Positions 1 through 12,386 of a DNA stretch of 64,000 nt are shown here, piece after piece. Each line of letters opens with the position of its first letter. Position 1 is the stretch's first letter. The DNA comes from an uncultured Gammaproteobacteria bacterium. Its GTDB lineage: Bacteria > Pseudomonadota > Gammaproteobacteria > Steroidobacterales > Steroidobacteraceae. The stretch spans positions 1,017,762 through 1,081,761 of the forward strand of contig CAWEQB010000012.1 in assembly GCA_963811115.1 (NCBI GenBank). Reading direction: 5' to 3'. A program made the position numbers and the translations under genes. Under the pieces are notes generated by a model. The model searched no databases, had not been told where the DNA came from, and worked only from the letters and a program-made list of their open reading frames with translations.

Positions 1-799
1 GCGGGTCCTCGTAATCCAGGCCGACCACGAAACCGACATACACTCGGTCGTTGTCGAGGTGATACAAAAAGCTTCCGCCATAGGTATGGCTGTCGAGCGG
101 CCAGCCCAAGGTGTGTTGAATGAGACCGGGCTGAACGCGGCCCGGCGGCAATTGCCACAGCTCTTTGAATCCCAGTCCATAAGTCTGCGGCGATTTGCCG
201 GCGTCGAGATTGAAGCGTTTGATCATCTGCTTCGAGACGCTGCCGCGGCACCCTTCGCAAAACAGGGTGACCTTGGCGTGGATTTCGGGCCCGAGCGCGA
301 AGTTGGGTCCGGGCTCGCCATTCTTTTCGACTCCCATATCGCCGATGCGCACCCCTTTGACCGCACCGGCGTCGTCGAACAAGGCCTCAGCCGCGGCGAA
401 ACCGGCAAACACATCCACCCCGAGTTTCTCCGCCTCCTGCCCGAGGATGGGCACCAACTGACCCAGAGAGATGATGAAATTGCCGTGATTGGCCATTTGC
501 GGCGGGGTCGGCAGGCGGAAACGCTTGCGGCGGGTCATGAACAGGAATTCATCGCGCACCGCGGGTACGCAGATCGCCGGGGCCTGCTTTCGCCAGTCGG
601 GAAGCAATTCAGTGAGGGGCCCGGGCTCCATGACGGCGCCCGACAAGCTGTGGGCGCCCAAACTTGCGGCCTTTTCCAGCACGCAAACGCTTAAGGCCGG
701 ATTGAGCTGTTTCAGGCGGATGGCGCTGGCGAGGCCGGCGGGGCCGGCTCCCACGATCGCAACCTCGTACTCCATGACATCGCGGGCGGCTTCACTCAT
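1..799 (-). CDS. Electron-transfer flavoprotein:ubiquinone oxidoreductase (ETF-QO), N-terminal part; the gene runs off the left edge
   Basis: Absent from the ORF track because it has no stop inside the window. Reverse translation from ATG 799-797 reads MSEAARDVMEYEVAIVGAGPAGLASAIRLKQLNPALSVCVLEKAASLGAHSLSGAVMEP...FCEGCRGSVSKQ...GGSFLYHLDNDRVYVGFVVGLDYEDP. It has a GxGxxG FAD fold and the ETF-QO/FixC-like pattern. Confidence 0.8.
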   Translation of the reverse strand, partial: MSEAARDVMEYEVAIVGAGPAGLASAIRLKQLNPALSVCVLEKAASLGAHSLSGAVMEPGPLTELLPDWRKQAPAICVPAVRDEFLFMTRRKRFRLPTPPQMANHGNFIISLGQLVPILGQEAEKLGVDVFAGFAAAEALFDDAGAVKGVRIGDMGVEKNGEPGPNFALGPEIHAKVTLFCEGCRGSVSKQMIKRFNLDAGKSPQTYGLGFKELWQLPPGRVQPGLIQHTLGWPLDSHTYGGSFLYHLDNDRVYVGFVVGLDYEDP

Positions 800-1068
800 C
801 AAAATGACACCTAAGGCTTTGGGAGCGCACTAAAAAAGGGCGATAGTAGATCACAAATCTCGAGCCTGTCTGAGTATGGAGGCGTCCACCCAGTGGACAA
901 GCGATGAGGGGATCTTCGCAGCAACGTCGCTTTACACAGTGGGGACACCCATGTTGACAGGCCACGGACGCCGGCTTCCAGGATGGCCAAGGGATTTGGG
1001 CATGGCTGGGGCAAGGATGCCCACCCCATTGAGCCGGCCCCCGGAGGCCGGCTATTGTATTAGTCAGC

Positions 1069-1104
1069 GGCCGGCGAAGGGGCCGGCGAAGGGGCCGGCG
1101 AGCG
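1069..1104. repeat. GC-rich 12-bp tandem repeat (GGCCGGCGAAGG, two full units plus one degenerate) downstream of the crotonase gene
   Basis: Direct reading. The self-complementary GCCGGC cores allow alternative hairpins. It may be a terminator or a REP-like element. Confidence 0.5.
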
Positions 1105-1125
1105 GCCCCGCGTGCGGCCCGGCGA

Positions 1126-1929
1126 TCAGTCCTGGCGCCAGCTCGCTTTGCGCTTGGCAAAAAAGGCATTGAAACCTTCCTGGGCCTCCGCGCGCACGCG
1201 TAGACCCGCAAGCCGCGCGGCCGCGTCCCTGGCTGCGGCGGCGCGATTGCTCGCAGCGCCGTTCGCCACGTCGCGGATCAAAGCCTTGGCTTCGGCCTGG
1301 GCGCCGGGTGCGCCCTTGAGCAACGCCTCAGTGATGCGCTCGCAGCCCGGGTCGAGCAGATCGGCGGACACCACTTCGTGCACCAGCCCCAGCTCCTGAA
1401 GGGTCGTCGCACTCAGCGTCTCGCCCGTCAAGAAGTAGCGCCGTGCGGCGCTCTCACCGATCTTGCCGAGAACGAACGGCGAAATGACCGCTGGGATGAT
1501 TCCGAGCCGCACCTCGGTAAACGCGAACTTTGCGGTGTCTACGGCCACCACGATGTCGCAGGCGCCGAGCAATCCGAGTGCACCGCCGTAGCCGTCGCCG
1601 TTGACCCGCGCCAGCGTCGGCTTGGGGTGGGCATCGAGAAGCGCCAACATGGCCGCCAGCTGCTCGGCGTCCTTGAGATTGTCCGCCTGCGCCGCCTTCG
1701 CCTGAGCCTGCATTTCGACAAGATCAGCCCCGGCGCAGAACACCTCGCCGGCGCCCGTGATTTGCACCACGCGCACCGCAGGATCGTCTGCACAGCGGCG
1801 CAATTCCGCGCTCAGCGCGGCGATGGTGGCGCGATCCAAGGCGTTGCGTTTGTCAGGACGGTTGATGGTGATGTGCGCAACGCCGGCCCGCATGGCGGTG
1901 AGAACGGCGGCCGGTACCTTCGCGTTCAT
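1126..1929 (-). CDS. Enoyl-CoA hydratase/isomerase (crotonase) family protein
   Basis: 267-aa track ORF with HITINRPDKRNALD, VFCAGADL and GGALGLLGACDIVVA crotonase signatures. It lies next to a thiolase gene. Confidence 0.8.
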   Translation of the reverse strand: MNAKVPAAVLTAMRAGVAHITINRPDKRNALDRATIAALSAELRRCADDPAVRVVQITGAGEVFCAGADLVEMQAQAKAAQADNLKDAEQLAAMLALLDAHPKPTLARVNGDGYGGALGLLGACDIVVAVDTAKFAFTEVRLGIIPAVISPFVLGKIGESAARRYFLTGETLSATTLQELGLVHEVVSADLLDPGCERITEALLKGAPGAQAEAKALIRDVANGAASNRAAAARDAAARLAGLRVRAEAQEGFNAFFAKRKASWRQD

Positions 1930-1933
1930 CGGC

Positions 1934-3112
1934 TCACATCAGTTCGATGGCGATTGCTGTCGCCTCGCCGCCGCCGATGCAGAGGCTCGCGATCCCGCGC
2001 TTCTTGCCGCGCGCGCGCAACGCGTGCAACAGAGTGGTCATGATGCGCGCACCGGTGGCGCCGATGGGATGACCCAGGGCCACAGCGCCGCCGTTGACAT
2101 TGACGTTCCTGTGATCCAGCTCCAGATCCTTGATCGCCGCCATGGTCACGGCCGCAAAGGCTTCGTTGATTTCGTACAGATCGGCATCCTTGGCTTGCCA
2201 ATTCAATTGCGCGAGCAATTTTCGCATCGCGCCCACCGGCGCCAGGGTGAACCACTCAGGTTCACGAGCAAAACTGGTGTAACCCAGGATGCGCGCCAGG
2301 GGCTTTCGGCCCTGCGAGGCCGCGACGGATTCGCGCGCCAATACCAATGCCGCCGCGCCGTCGGAGATTCCGGATGAACTGGCGGCGGTGACGGTGCCGT
2401 CCTTTTTGAACGCCGGCTTGAGGGTTGGGATCTTGGCAATATCGAGGGTGAAGGGTGTCTCGTCTTTGTCGACGATCACCTCGCCCTTGCGGGACTTGGT
2501 GGTCACCGGGGCAATCTCGGCTGAGAAGGCACCGCTCCCGATCGCGGCCAGCGCCCGGCGCACCGACTCGGCGGCGAATTCATCCTGGTCCTTGCGGCTG
2601 AAGTGATACTGCTCCGATGTGGCCTCGGCGAAGCACCCCATGAGCTGACCATCCCAGGGACTCTGCAATCCGTCGTAGAACATGTGGTCCAACACTTCCT
2701 GGTGCCCCATGCGGTAGCCGGCACGGGCCTTGGGCAGGAGGTAGGGTGCATTGGTCATGGATTCGATTCCGCCGGCGACCACCCATTGAGCGCTCCCGGC
2801 GAGAAGTTGATCGCAGCCCAACATCACCGCGCGCATTGCGGAACCGCACATCTTGTTGACCGTCGTGGTCGGGACGCTCGCCGGAATACCGCCGCCGAGG
2901 GCTGCCTGTCGCGCCGGCGCCTGGCCGATTCCCGCGGACAGAACGCAGCCCAAGATCACCTCGTCGATTTGCGCGGCGGGGACGCCGCAATCGGCGAGCG
3001 CCGCCCTGATCGCCACCGATCCCAACTGCGGGGCAGTGACGCCGGCGAAGGCGCCTTGAAAGGCGCCGACCGGGGTGCGGCGGGCAGCCAAAATGACGAC
3101 TGGATCAGGCAT
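1934..3112 (-). CDS. Acetyl-CoA C-acetyltransferase (thiolase)
   Basis: Track ORF 1934-3124. Thiolase signatures are NKMCGSAMRAV (active-site Cys), NVNGGAVALGHPIGATGARI and CIGGGEA. I prefer ATG 3112 (MPDPVVILAARRTPVG) as the start. Confidence 0.88.
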   Translation of the reverse strand: MPDPVVILAARRTPVGAFQGAFAGVTAPQLGSVAIRAALADCGVPAAQIDEVILGCVLSAGIGQAPARQAALGGGIPASVPTTTVNKMCGSAMRAVMLGCDQLLAGSAQWVVAGGIESMTNAPYLLPKARAGYRMGHQEVLDHMFYDGLQSPWDGQLMGCFAEATSEQYHFSRKDQDEFAAESVRRALAAIGSGAFSAEIAPVTTKSRKGEVIVDKDETPFTLDIAKIPTLKPAFKKDGTVTAASSSGISDGAAALVLARESVAASQGRKPLARILGYTSFAREPEWFTLAPVGAMRKLLAQLNWQAKDADLYEINEAFAAVTMAAIKDLELDHRNVNVNGGAVALGHPIGATGARIMTTLLHALRARGKKRGIASLCIGGGEATAIAIELM

Positions 3113-3165
3113 GTGGCATTCCATGGGTTTGCAGGGGATGGTCCATTATAGCCGTGAGGCCTGGG

Positions 3166-3840
3166 TTAGGGCGTCAGCGGCTCACCGACGGCGCTCGCGA
3201 TCACGTCGCGGCTACGGTGCCGGGCATCGTGCGCATCCATAACTTCAAGTATTTCAACGCGAATCGGGGCACGATGGATCCGGATTTCGCCCGGCGGTAG
3301 AACCGCCCGGGTGCCGCAAATGGCCATCGCGACCACCGGCATGGCGGAGCGCGTTGCCGTCACGAACGCACCGCCGTGGAATTTGCCGACCTGGGCGGCC
3401 TTGGTGAAAGTGCCCTCGGGGAAGAAGACCAGGGACTGGCCGGTGGCCGCCAGCTTCAGGACGCGGCGCGTATCGACCCCACCCTTGTGCCGGTCGAAGC
3501 GTTCGACGAATTGGGAGCCCAAACGTCGGAGCAGCAGGCCGGCTAGGGGCACCCGTACCATTTCCTTCTTGATCACGAAGGCAAAGTCGGGCGGCAGCGC
3601 CGCGGCCGCGACCAAGCCGTCGATGTAGCTCGCATGATTGGCCACCACCACGCAGGGCACCCGGGGCAGCCGCTGCAGCCCCTCGACGACGAAGGGGATG
3701 CCGGCCAGATGCAGAAAAGCGCGCGAAAACGCCCCGGCCACCAGCCGGCGCCGACGCAGGCTCGGAATGAACAGATTGACGGCCAGCACGGTCAAACCCA
3801 TCGCTATGAACACCACGAGGCAGTAGGCGAGGTACAGCAC
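3166..3840 (-). CDS. 1-acyl-sn-glycerol-3-phosphate (lysophospholipid) acyltransferase family protein
   Basis: 224 aa with an N-terminal TM helix, the HxxxxD motif (NHASYID) and the FPEGT motif. Confidence 0.75.
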   Translation of the reverse strand: MLYLAYCLVVFIAMGLTVLAVNLFIPSLRRRRLVAGAFSRAFLHLAGIPFVVEGLQRLPRVPCVVVANHASYIDGLVAAAALPPDFAFVIKKEMVRVPLAGLLLRRLGSQFVERFDRHKGGVDTRRVLKLAATGQSLVFFPEGTFTKAAQVGKFHGGAFVTATRSAMPVVAMAICGTRAVLPPGEIRIHRAPIRVEILEVMDAHDARHRSRDVIASAVGEPLTP

Positions 3841-4011
3841 CTGCGCGGGCGTCCACGGGCTCGCCTGTTTGACTTCTGTGATCTGGTTCTCCTTATGTTA
3901 ATACTTAACTGTACTGTGATTCTGGTCACGCCGACCCGGAGGGACCCCTCGCATACTGGCTCCTGCGCGCTTATACCGCACCATTTCGTGCGACTACACC
4001 CGCGGAAAACT

Positions 4012-4968
4012 ATGGCGACGGCTTTGAAACGGACGGTTTATACACGCACCACGGGCGCAGCGGTACCCGCGGCGCGTGAGGCGGCGGATCCCGCCTTGCA
4101 ACGCTTTCTCGATGCCGTGTGGCTGGAGCGCGGTTTGTCCGCGAATACCCTGGCCGCCTACCGCGCCGATTTGACCGCACTTGCACGCTGGTTGGAAGAG
4201 CGCGACAGCGCATTGCTCAAGGCCACGCGCATCGAATTACTGGGGTTCATCGCGGCGCGGGTCGAGGGCGGATCGAGGCCCCGGTCCACGGCGCGACAGC
4301 TGTCGAGTTTCCGTCGATTCTTCCGCTTCATGATGCGCGAAGGATTGATCCAACTCGATCCGACTGCGCAAATTGCCATGCCGAAAATCGGCCGGTCCCT
4401 GCCGAAGTCCTTGACCGAGGCAGAAGTCGATTCATTGCTCGAGGCGCCGACCGTGTCGGATCCCCTGGGACACCGCGACCGAACCATGCTGGAAGTGCTG
4501 TATGCAACGGGCTTGCGGGTCTCGGAACTGGTCAGCCTGAAGCACAATCAGGTCAATCTCAATCAAGGCGTGATGCGCGTGGTGGGCAAGGGAAACCGCG
4601 AGCGTCTGATTCCGCTCGGCGAAGAAGCGGTAAAGTGGCTGCAGCAATTCATGCAGGGACCGCGCGTCGAAATATTGCTGGAACGGCAGACGGACTACCT
4701 GTTTCCGACCCGGCGCGGCGACCGCATGACCCGGCAGGCCTTCTGGCACATCATCAAACGCTATTCCAAAAAGGCCGGCGTCGAGAAGGAGCTTTCGCCG
4801 CATACGCTGCGCCATGCCTTCGCGACCCACCTGTTGAATCACGGCGCCGACCTCCGCGTGGTGCAGATGCTTCTCGGACACAGCGATCTGTCGACGACTC
4901 AAATTTACACGCACGTCGCGCGCGAACGTCTGAAAGAGCTGCATTCGCAGCACCATCCGCGCGGCTAA
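4012..4968 (+). CDS. xerD: Site-specific tyrosine recombinase XerD
   Basis: In-frame ATG 4012 inside track ORF 3634-4968. N-terminus is LQRFLDAVWLERGLSANTLAAYRADL. The C-terminal catalytic region is HTLRHAFATHLLNHGADLRVVQMLLGHSDLSTTQIYTHV. Confidence 0.88.
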   Translation: MATALKRTVYTRTTGAAVPAAREAADPALQRFLDAVWLERGLSANTLAAYRADLTALARWLEERDSALLKATRIELLGFIAARVEGGSRPRSTARQLSSFRRFFRFMMREGLIQLDPTAQIAMPKIGRSLPKSLTEAEVDSLLEAPTVSDPLGHRDRTMLEVLYATGLRVSELVSLKHNQVNLNQGVMRVVGKGNRERLIPLGEEAVKWLQQFMQGPRVEILLERQTDYLFPTRRGDRMTRQAFWHIIKRYSKKAGVEKELSPHTLRHAFATHLLNHGADLRVVQMLLGHSDLSTTQIYTHVARERLKELHSQHHPRG

Positions 4969-5051
4969 TCTCCCGCGATCGTCTGTTAGAATTGCGTGAA
5001 CCTTACGGTTGGCGCAGGGTCGAACGATCAAGATTCGCTGGAGCCTCAAGC

Positions 5052-5816
5052 ATGATGAGAATTCTTCCCACCCTCGCTTTGGTCCTGTGCGTGGCCGGAC
5101 TGGCGCCGCCGGCGCCTGCGGCCGAGCAGGGGCCGGCGGCGCCGAGCGTGCCGGTTGCCGATCCGCGCGCGGCATTGCTCAAGCTGCTGCCGGCCGGATC
5201 CAAATTGGAGGACTTGAGGCCGTCGCCGATTCCCGGACTCTACGAATACATGCAGGGTGCCGACATCAGCTACCTGACCGCCGACGGCAAGTATTTCATC
5301 GACGGCAATGTTTACGACATGGGCACGCGTGAAAATCTCACCGAGGAGCTGCGCACGCGCGCGCGCAGCGCGATGATCACCGCGGTCCCCGAATCGCAGA
5401 TGGTGATTTTTTCGCCCAAGAACCCGCAGTACACGATCACCGTGTTCACCGATGTCGATTGCGGCTTTTGCCGCAAGCTGCACAGCGACATGGCGGAGTT
5501 GAACCGCTTGGGAGTCCGCGTACGCTACATGTTCTACCCGCGCAGCGGCCCCAACACGGAGAGCTGGAAGAAAGCCGAGGCTGTATGGTGCTCGGCGAAC
5601 CGCAACGAAGCGCTAACCCAGGCAAAGCTCGGCGCGAAGTTGGATTTGACCAAGACCTGCGAGAATCCGGTCGCCCGTGAATATGCCTTGGGCCAAAACA
5701 TCGGCGTGCGCGGCACGCCCGCCATCGTCACGGAACGCGGCGACTACCTCGCCGGCTACATGCCGCCGCGCGAACTCGTTCAGCAACTCAAAGATCTGCA
5801 ATTGGCGAAGCGCTGA
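5052..5816 (+). CDS. dsbC: Thiol:disulfide interchange protein DsbC
   Basis: In-frame ATG 5052 inside track ORF 4119-5816. Signal peptide MMRILPTLALVLCVAGLAPPAPA and a thioredoxin CGFC motif (DVDCGFCRKLH). Confidence 0.85.
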   Translation: MMRILPTLALVLCVAGLAPPAPAAEQGPAAPSVPVADPRAALLKLLPAGSKLEDLRPSPIPGLYEYMQGADISYLTADGKYFIDGNVYDMGTRENLTEELRTRARSAMITAVPESQMVIFSPKNPQYTITVFTDVDCGFCRKLHSDMAELNRLGVRVRYMFYPRSGPNTESWKKAEAVWCSANRNEALTQAKLGAKLDLTKTCENPVAREYALGQNIGVRGTPAIVTERGDYLAGYMPPRELVQQLKDLQLAKR

Positions 5817-5842
5817 CCGCCCGCCGGGCCGGGGACAGGCTC

Positions 5843-6166
5843 CTAGCGCTCCAGCAGTTTGAGCTTGTCCGGCACGCCTTCCCATTGCTTGGCGTCGGCC
5901 GGCGCGTCTTTCTTCTCGCTGATGACCGGCCATTTTTTGGCCAGCTCCGCGTTCAGTTTGAGAAAGCTCTCCTGGCCGTCCGGAATTTCTTCTTCGGAGA
6001 AAATGGCCTCCACCGGACATTCCGGCTCGCACAGCGTGCAGTCGATGCACTCATCGGGATCGATCACCAGGAAATTCGGGCCTTCGTGGAAGCAATCGAC
6101 CGGGCAAACCTCCACGCAATCCATATACTTGCATTTGATGCAGGTTTCGGTGACCACGAATGCCAT
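5843..6166 (-). CDS. fdxA: 7Fe-type ferredoxin
   Basis: 107 aa with the Cys patterns [15 protein letters not shown] and [12 protein letters not shown]. Confidence 0.9.
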   Translation of the reverse strand: MAFVVTETCIKCKYMDCVEVCPVDCFHEGPNFLVIDPDECIDCTLCEPECPVEAIFSEEEIPDGQESFLKLNAELAKKWPVISEKKDAPADAKQWEGVPDKLKLLER

Positions 6167-6236
6167 GACTTACCCTTCTATGACCTGTTGGTGTGTTGAT
6201 CGATTGCGCGCGTACTATTCTGCCACAGCCGCGGGC

Positions 6237-6788
6237 TCATGATTTCAGCCGGCGGCTCAACTCGACGAAATGATGGCCTTCGCGCCCGGCGTTGCGATCC
6301 TCGAAATATTTGCGCAAGGTGAATTCCCCGCTCGGAAACGCCAATTGCGTCCAGGGGATCTCCGCCTCGCCGTACAAACCGACCTCCAGGCTCTCGGGTC
6401 CCGGCGCGAACTCGGGTTGCAGCAGCTTGGCCCGGAACATCACATGCACCTGGCCCGCGCCGGTCACGCTCGCCACCGCCAGCAGCGAGCCGATTTCGAC
6501 CTTCGCCAGTGCTTCTTCATAGCATTCCCGCGCGGCCGCGGCCTGCATGGTCTCGCCGTTCTCCATGAAACCCGCCGGCACCGTCCAATACCCCAGACGC
6601 GGTTCAATTGCGCGGCGGCACAGCAGGATCTTGCTTTGCCACTCGGGCACACAGCCGAGCACCAACAGCGGGTTCTTGTAGTGGACCATGCCGCAGCTCG
6701 TGCATACGAAGCGCGGCAGGTGGTCCCCCGCGGGGACCTTGAATTCAACGGGTGAGCCGCAGTTGCTGCAGAAATTCAAAGGTGTCAC
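6237..6788 (-). CDS. Nudix hydrolase with an N-terminal zinc ribbon
   Basis: Nudix box GFMENGETMQAAAARECYEEALA, with CSNCG...CTSCG upstream. The track ORF (to 6881) runs into the tRNA gene, so I propose in-frame GTG 6788 as the start. Confidence 0.75.
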   Translation of the reverse strand: MTPLNFCSNCGSPVEFKVPAGDHLPRFVCTSCGMVHYKNPLLVLGCVPEWQSKILLCRRAIEPRLGYWTVPAGFMENGETMQAAAARECYEEALAKVEIGSLLAVASVTGAGQVHVMFRAKLLQPEFAPGPESLEVGLYGEAEIPWTQLAFPSGEFTLRKYFEDRNAGREGHHFVELSRRLKS

Positions 6789-6800
6789 TCTAAAAAATTC

Positions 6801-6887
6801 TGGTGCCCGGAGAGGGAATCGAACCCACACTCTTTTCAGGGAACCGGATTTTGAGTCCGGCGCGTCTACCAGTTCCGCCATCCGGGC
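6801..6887 (-). tRNA. tRNA-Leu (anticodon CAA), class II with a long variable arm and an encoded CCA
   Basis: The reverse strand reads GCCCGGATGGCGGAACTGGTAGACGCGCCGGACTCAAAATCCGGTTCCCTGAAAAGAGTGTGGGTTCGATTCCCTCTCCGGGCACCA. The acceptor, D, anticodon (CU-CAA-AA), variable and T arms are all recognisable. Confidence 0.9.
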
Positions 6888-6942
6888 ATGCCAGGCCGGG
6901 CATTATATGCGATTGCCAGCCTTGGTAGAATGCCCGGCATAC

Positions 6943-9158
<2,216 letters not shown>

Positions 9159-9230
9159 GTTTGGGTGCGGCTGCTGTATACTACGCCGCTTTGTGTCGCG
9201 GCGTCCGCTGCAAAAAGCGAGTGTAACACT

Positions 9231-9572
9231 ATGGATTTCCTGATAAGTACGGCAAATGCACAGGCGGCCGGCGGGGCACCGGCGGGGGGCTTTGGCGGCG
9301 GCCTGCTGGGCATGTGGCCAATTCTCCTCATGTTGGTGGCGTTCTACTTCCTGCTCATCCGGCCGCAGAACAAGCGCGCCAAGGAACAGCGCGAAATGCT
9401 GTCCAAGGTTGCCGTGGGCGATGAAGTGGCGACCACCGGCGGCATCCTCGGCAAGGTGACCGAGGTGGGCGAGCAGTTCCTGACCTTGGAAATCGCCAGC
9501 GGCGTCAACGTCAAGCTGCAGAAATTTCAAGTCGCGCAGGTCCTCCCCAAGGGCACGGTCAAGAACGCATGA
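9231..9572 (+). CDS. yajC: Preprotein translocase subunit YajC
   Basis: In-frame ATG 9231. Single TM helix, then LIRPQNKRAKEQREMLSKVAVGDEVATTGGILGKV. Confidence 0.88.
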   Translation: MDFLISTANAQAAGGAPAGGFGGGLLGMWPILLMLVAFYFLLIRPQNKRAKEQREMLSKVAVGDEVATTGGILGKVTEVGEQFLTLEIASGVNVKLQKFQVAQVLPKGTVKNA

Positions 9573-11425
9573 TTTCGTATCCGCGCTGGAAGATCGCGTT
9601 GGTCGCGATCGTGATGCTCATCGGGATTTTCCTGGCGGTGCCCAATTTGTTCGGCGAGGAAAGCGCATTGCAGCTGGCGCGCGATCGCGCGGCGGTGCTC
9701 GACAGCGACCGCACGTCGGTAGCGCAACTGCTCAAGGACAAGGGAGTGAACCCCACCGGCGCATTCCTCGAGCAGGGACGACTGACGCTGCGTTTCGCCA
9801 GCACCCAGGATCAACTGAAGGCTCGCGATCTGATCAACGAAGCGCGGCCCAATCAATTCACCATCGCCCTGTCGAAGGCATCGCGCGTTCCGGAGTGGAT
9901 GCGCAATCTGGGCTTGAGCCCGATGAAGCTGGGCCTGGACCTGCGCGGCGGCGTGTACCTGGTTTATCAAGTCGACGTGCAGGGCGCCGTGAAGCAGCTG
10001 CTCGATCGTCATGAGCAGGATTTTCGCGCCTCGTTGCGCAATGCGCGGGTGGCGTACCAGGACGTGCAGGTGGACTATCCGACGAATCGCGTCCGCGTTC
10101 TGTTCCGCGACGCCGACAGCCTGGCCAGGGGCAAGGCGGCCATCCTGGCGGATAGCCGCAACTTGAATCTGACCGAAACGACGGTCGACGGCGCACCCGC
10201 CCTGGAATTGAAACTGACGCCGCAGGAAATCAAGGAGCGCCAGGACTACGCCCTCCAGCAAAATATCGTGATTCTGCGCAATCGCCTCAACAGTCCCGAA
10301 CTTGCGGTCTCCGAGCCCCAGGTGGCGCGCGAAGGAGTGGACCGCATCTCCATTCAATTGCCCGGGCTGCAAAACTCGGCCGAGGTCAAAAAGATCCTCG
10401 GCAAGACCGCGACCCTGGAATTTCGCATGGTCGATGAGAGCAACAATCCGCTCGAGGCGGCGGGCACCGGGCGGGTACCGCTGGGCTCCAAGCTGTTCTA
10501 CACCCGCGACAAGCAGCCGGTGCTGCTGAAGCGCGAGGTGGTGGTCACGGGCGATCAATTGACCGACGCCTCATTCCAGCCGAATACCCAGGATGGGCCT
10601 GCGGTGTCGGTGGGACTGGATCCCCGGGGCGCGGCAAAGATGCTGAAGAACACGCAGGAGAACATCGGTCACTTGATGGCCGTGGTGTTCATCGACCGCT
10701 CGCGCGAGAAGAACGCGGAAGGGGTCATGGTCGACCGTACCACCGAAGAGGTCATCAACCGCGCCACCATTCGCGGCGTATTCAGCAACAACTTCCAGAT
10801 CACCGGCGTCAATCCCATCGAAGGCCGGGAACTGGCGTTGCTGCTGCGCGCCGGTGGATTGGCGGCGCCGGTCACACCGATCCAAGAGCGGGCCATCGGC
10901 CCCAGCCTGGGTCAGGACAACATCGATAAGGGCGTCAACGCGATGGTGTTCGGCATGTTGGCCGCATTCATCTTCATGGCCATCTATTACAAGGTCTTCG
11001 GCCTGATCGCGGATATCACCCTCGTGGCCAACGTGGTGCTGCTCACGGCCCTGCTGTCATTGCTCGGTGGCGTGGCGCTGACCCTGCCGGGAATCGCGGC
11101 GGTGGTGCTGACCGTGGGCATGGCTGTGGACGCCAATATTTTGATCTACGAGCGCATCCGCGAAGAATTGCGCAACGGCGTGTCGCCGCGCGCGGCGATC
11201 ACCGCGGGTTTCGACCGCGCGTTCTCCGCCATCGCCGACTCCAACGTTACGGCGTTCATCGCGGGTCTGGTGCTGTGGCTGTTTGGCGCCGGCGCGGTGC
11301 GCGGCTTCGCCGTCGTGCTGATGCTCGGAATCATCACCTCGATGTTCACCGCGGTGATGGGCAGCCGGGCTCTGGTGCAGGTTATTTACGGCGGAAAACG
11401 CAAGGTCGACCGGCTCTCGATTTGA
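9569..11425 (+). CDS. secD: Protein translocase subunit SecD
   Basis: 618 aa with a large periplasmic domain and a C-terminal 6-TM block (VDANILIYERIREE). Lies in yajC-secD-secF synteny. Confidence 0.93.
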   Translation: MISYPRWKIALVAIVMLIGIFLAVPNLFGEESALQLARDRAAVLDSDRTSVAQLLKDKGVNPTGAFLEQGRLTLRFASTQDQLKARDLINEARPNQFTIALSKASRVPEWMRNLGLSPMKLGLDLRGGVYLVYQVDVQGAVKQLLDRHEQDFRASLRNARVAYQDVQVDYPTNRVRVLFRDADSLARGKAAILADSRNLNLTETTVDGAPALELKLTPQEIKERQDYALQQNIVILRNRLNSPELAVSEPQVAREGVDRISIQLPGLQNSAEVKKILGKTATLEFRMVDESNNPLEAAGTGRVPLGSKLFYTRDKQPVLLKREVVVTGDQLTDASFQPNTQDGPAVSVGLDPRGAAKMLKNTQENIGHLMAVVFIDRSREKNAEGVMVDRTTEEVINRATIRGVFSNNFQITGVNPIEGRELALLLRAGGLAAPVTPIQERAIGPSLGQDNIDKGVNAMVFGMLAAFIFMAIYYKVFGLIADITLVANVVLLTALLSLLGGVALTLPGIAAVVLTVGMAVDANILIYERIREELRNGVSPRAAITAGFDRAFSAIADSNVTAFIAGLVLWLFGAGAVRGFAVVLMLGIITSMFTAVMGSRALVQVIYGGKRKVDRLSI

Positions 11426-11447
11426 GAACCCGACCCGAGGCAGATAC

Positions 11448-12386
11448 ATGGAATTCTTTCATAAAGTAACGCGTTTCCCGTTCATGCACACCCGCAAGGT
11501 GTGGTACGGGTTGTCGGCGCTCCTAATCATGGCCTCGATCGGGCTGGTCGTGCTCCGCGGTTTGAATCTCGGGGTGGATTTCACCGGCGGCGTGGTGGTC
11601 GATGTCAACTTTCCGCAGGCGCCCAATATCGAATCGCTGCGCACGACATTGGCGAAGGCGGGAGTGGCGACCGCGCAGGTGCAGGCGTTTGGTAGTTCGC
11701 GCGACATCCGGGTCCGCCTGCCGCCTGACCCCGGTGCCAAGGGCGACCAGATCGGCGCGCGTATCTTGCAGGTTTTCGGCACGGTCTCGCCCGGCGTCAA
11801 GCTGCAAAGTACGGAAGTGGTCGGGCCACAGGTGGGACAGGAGCTGTTCGTCAAGGGCGGCTGGGCGTTGTTCGCCACATTGGTTCTGATCTTGATCTAT
11901 GTGCTGTTCCGATTCACGCTGAAGCTTGCGTGCGGCGCGATTCTCGCCGTGCTGCACGATCCAATCTGCGTGGTGGGATTCTTCGCGCTCACCCAGATGA
12001 CCTTCGATTTGACGGCAATCGCGGCCATTCTCGCGGTCATCGGCTATTCGTTGAACGATACCGTGATCGTTTTCGACCGAATTCGCGAGCGCGCCCGAAC
12101 TGCGCGCAAGCTCAGCATCGCGCAGGTCATCGACGAATCCATCAACCAGACGCTGTCGCGAACCATCATGACCAAGTTGGTGACCTTGTTGGTCGTGCTG
12201 GCGCTGCTGTTCTTCGGCGGCGAGACTCTGCATGCGTTCTCCGCGGCGCTGGTCATCGGCATCCTCGCCGGCACCTATTCGTCGATATATATCTCCGCGG
12301 CACTGGCTCTGGATTTTGGACTGCGTACCGACGATTTGTTGGAGCGCAAGCTGACCAAGCCCGAGGAAGTGGACGGACTGCCCTAG
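11448..12386 (+). CDS. secF: Protein translocase subunit SecF
   Basis: 312 aa, LGVDFTGG...GYSLNDTVIVFDRIRE. Confidence 0.93.
   Translation: MEFFHKVTRFPFMHTRKVWYGLSALLIMASIGLVVLRGLNLGVDFTGGVVVDVNFPQAPNIESLRTTLAKAGVATAQVQAFGSSRDIRVRLPPDPGAKGDQIGARILQVFGTVSPGVKLQSTEVVGPQVGQELFVKGGWALFATLVLILIYVLFRFTLKLACGAILAVLHDPICVVGFFALTQMTFDLTAIAAILAVIGYSLNDTVIVFDRIRERARTARKLSIAQVIDESINQTLSRTIMTKLVTLLVVLALLFFGGETLHAFSAALVIGILAGTYSSIYISAALALDFGLRTDDLLERKLTKPEEVDGLP

Noticed and set aside
800-1125. The 326-bp intergenic region between the ETF-QO and crotonase genes, examined for a small RNA or mobile remnant.
   Set aside because: Only GC-rich hairpins and the short 12-bp tandem repeat are visible. This is consistent with a terminator plus a promoter region.
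3634-4011. Long N-terminal extensions of track ORFs 3634-4968, 4119-5816, 6688-8022, 23215-25194 and 21772-23154.
   Set aside because: The extensions overlap neighbouring genes or are Arg-rich. The conserved proteins (XerD, DsbC, QueA, BamB, HisS) begin at internal in-frame start codons.
6789-6881. The N-terminal extension of the Nudix ORF (MAELVDAPDSKSGSLKRVWVRFPLRAPEFF).
   Set aside because: This is the translation of the tRNA-Leu gene itself. The Nudix CDS most likely starts at GTG 6788.
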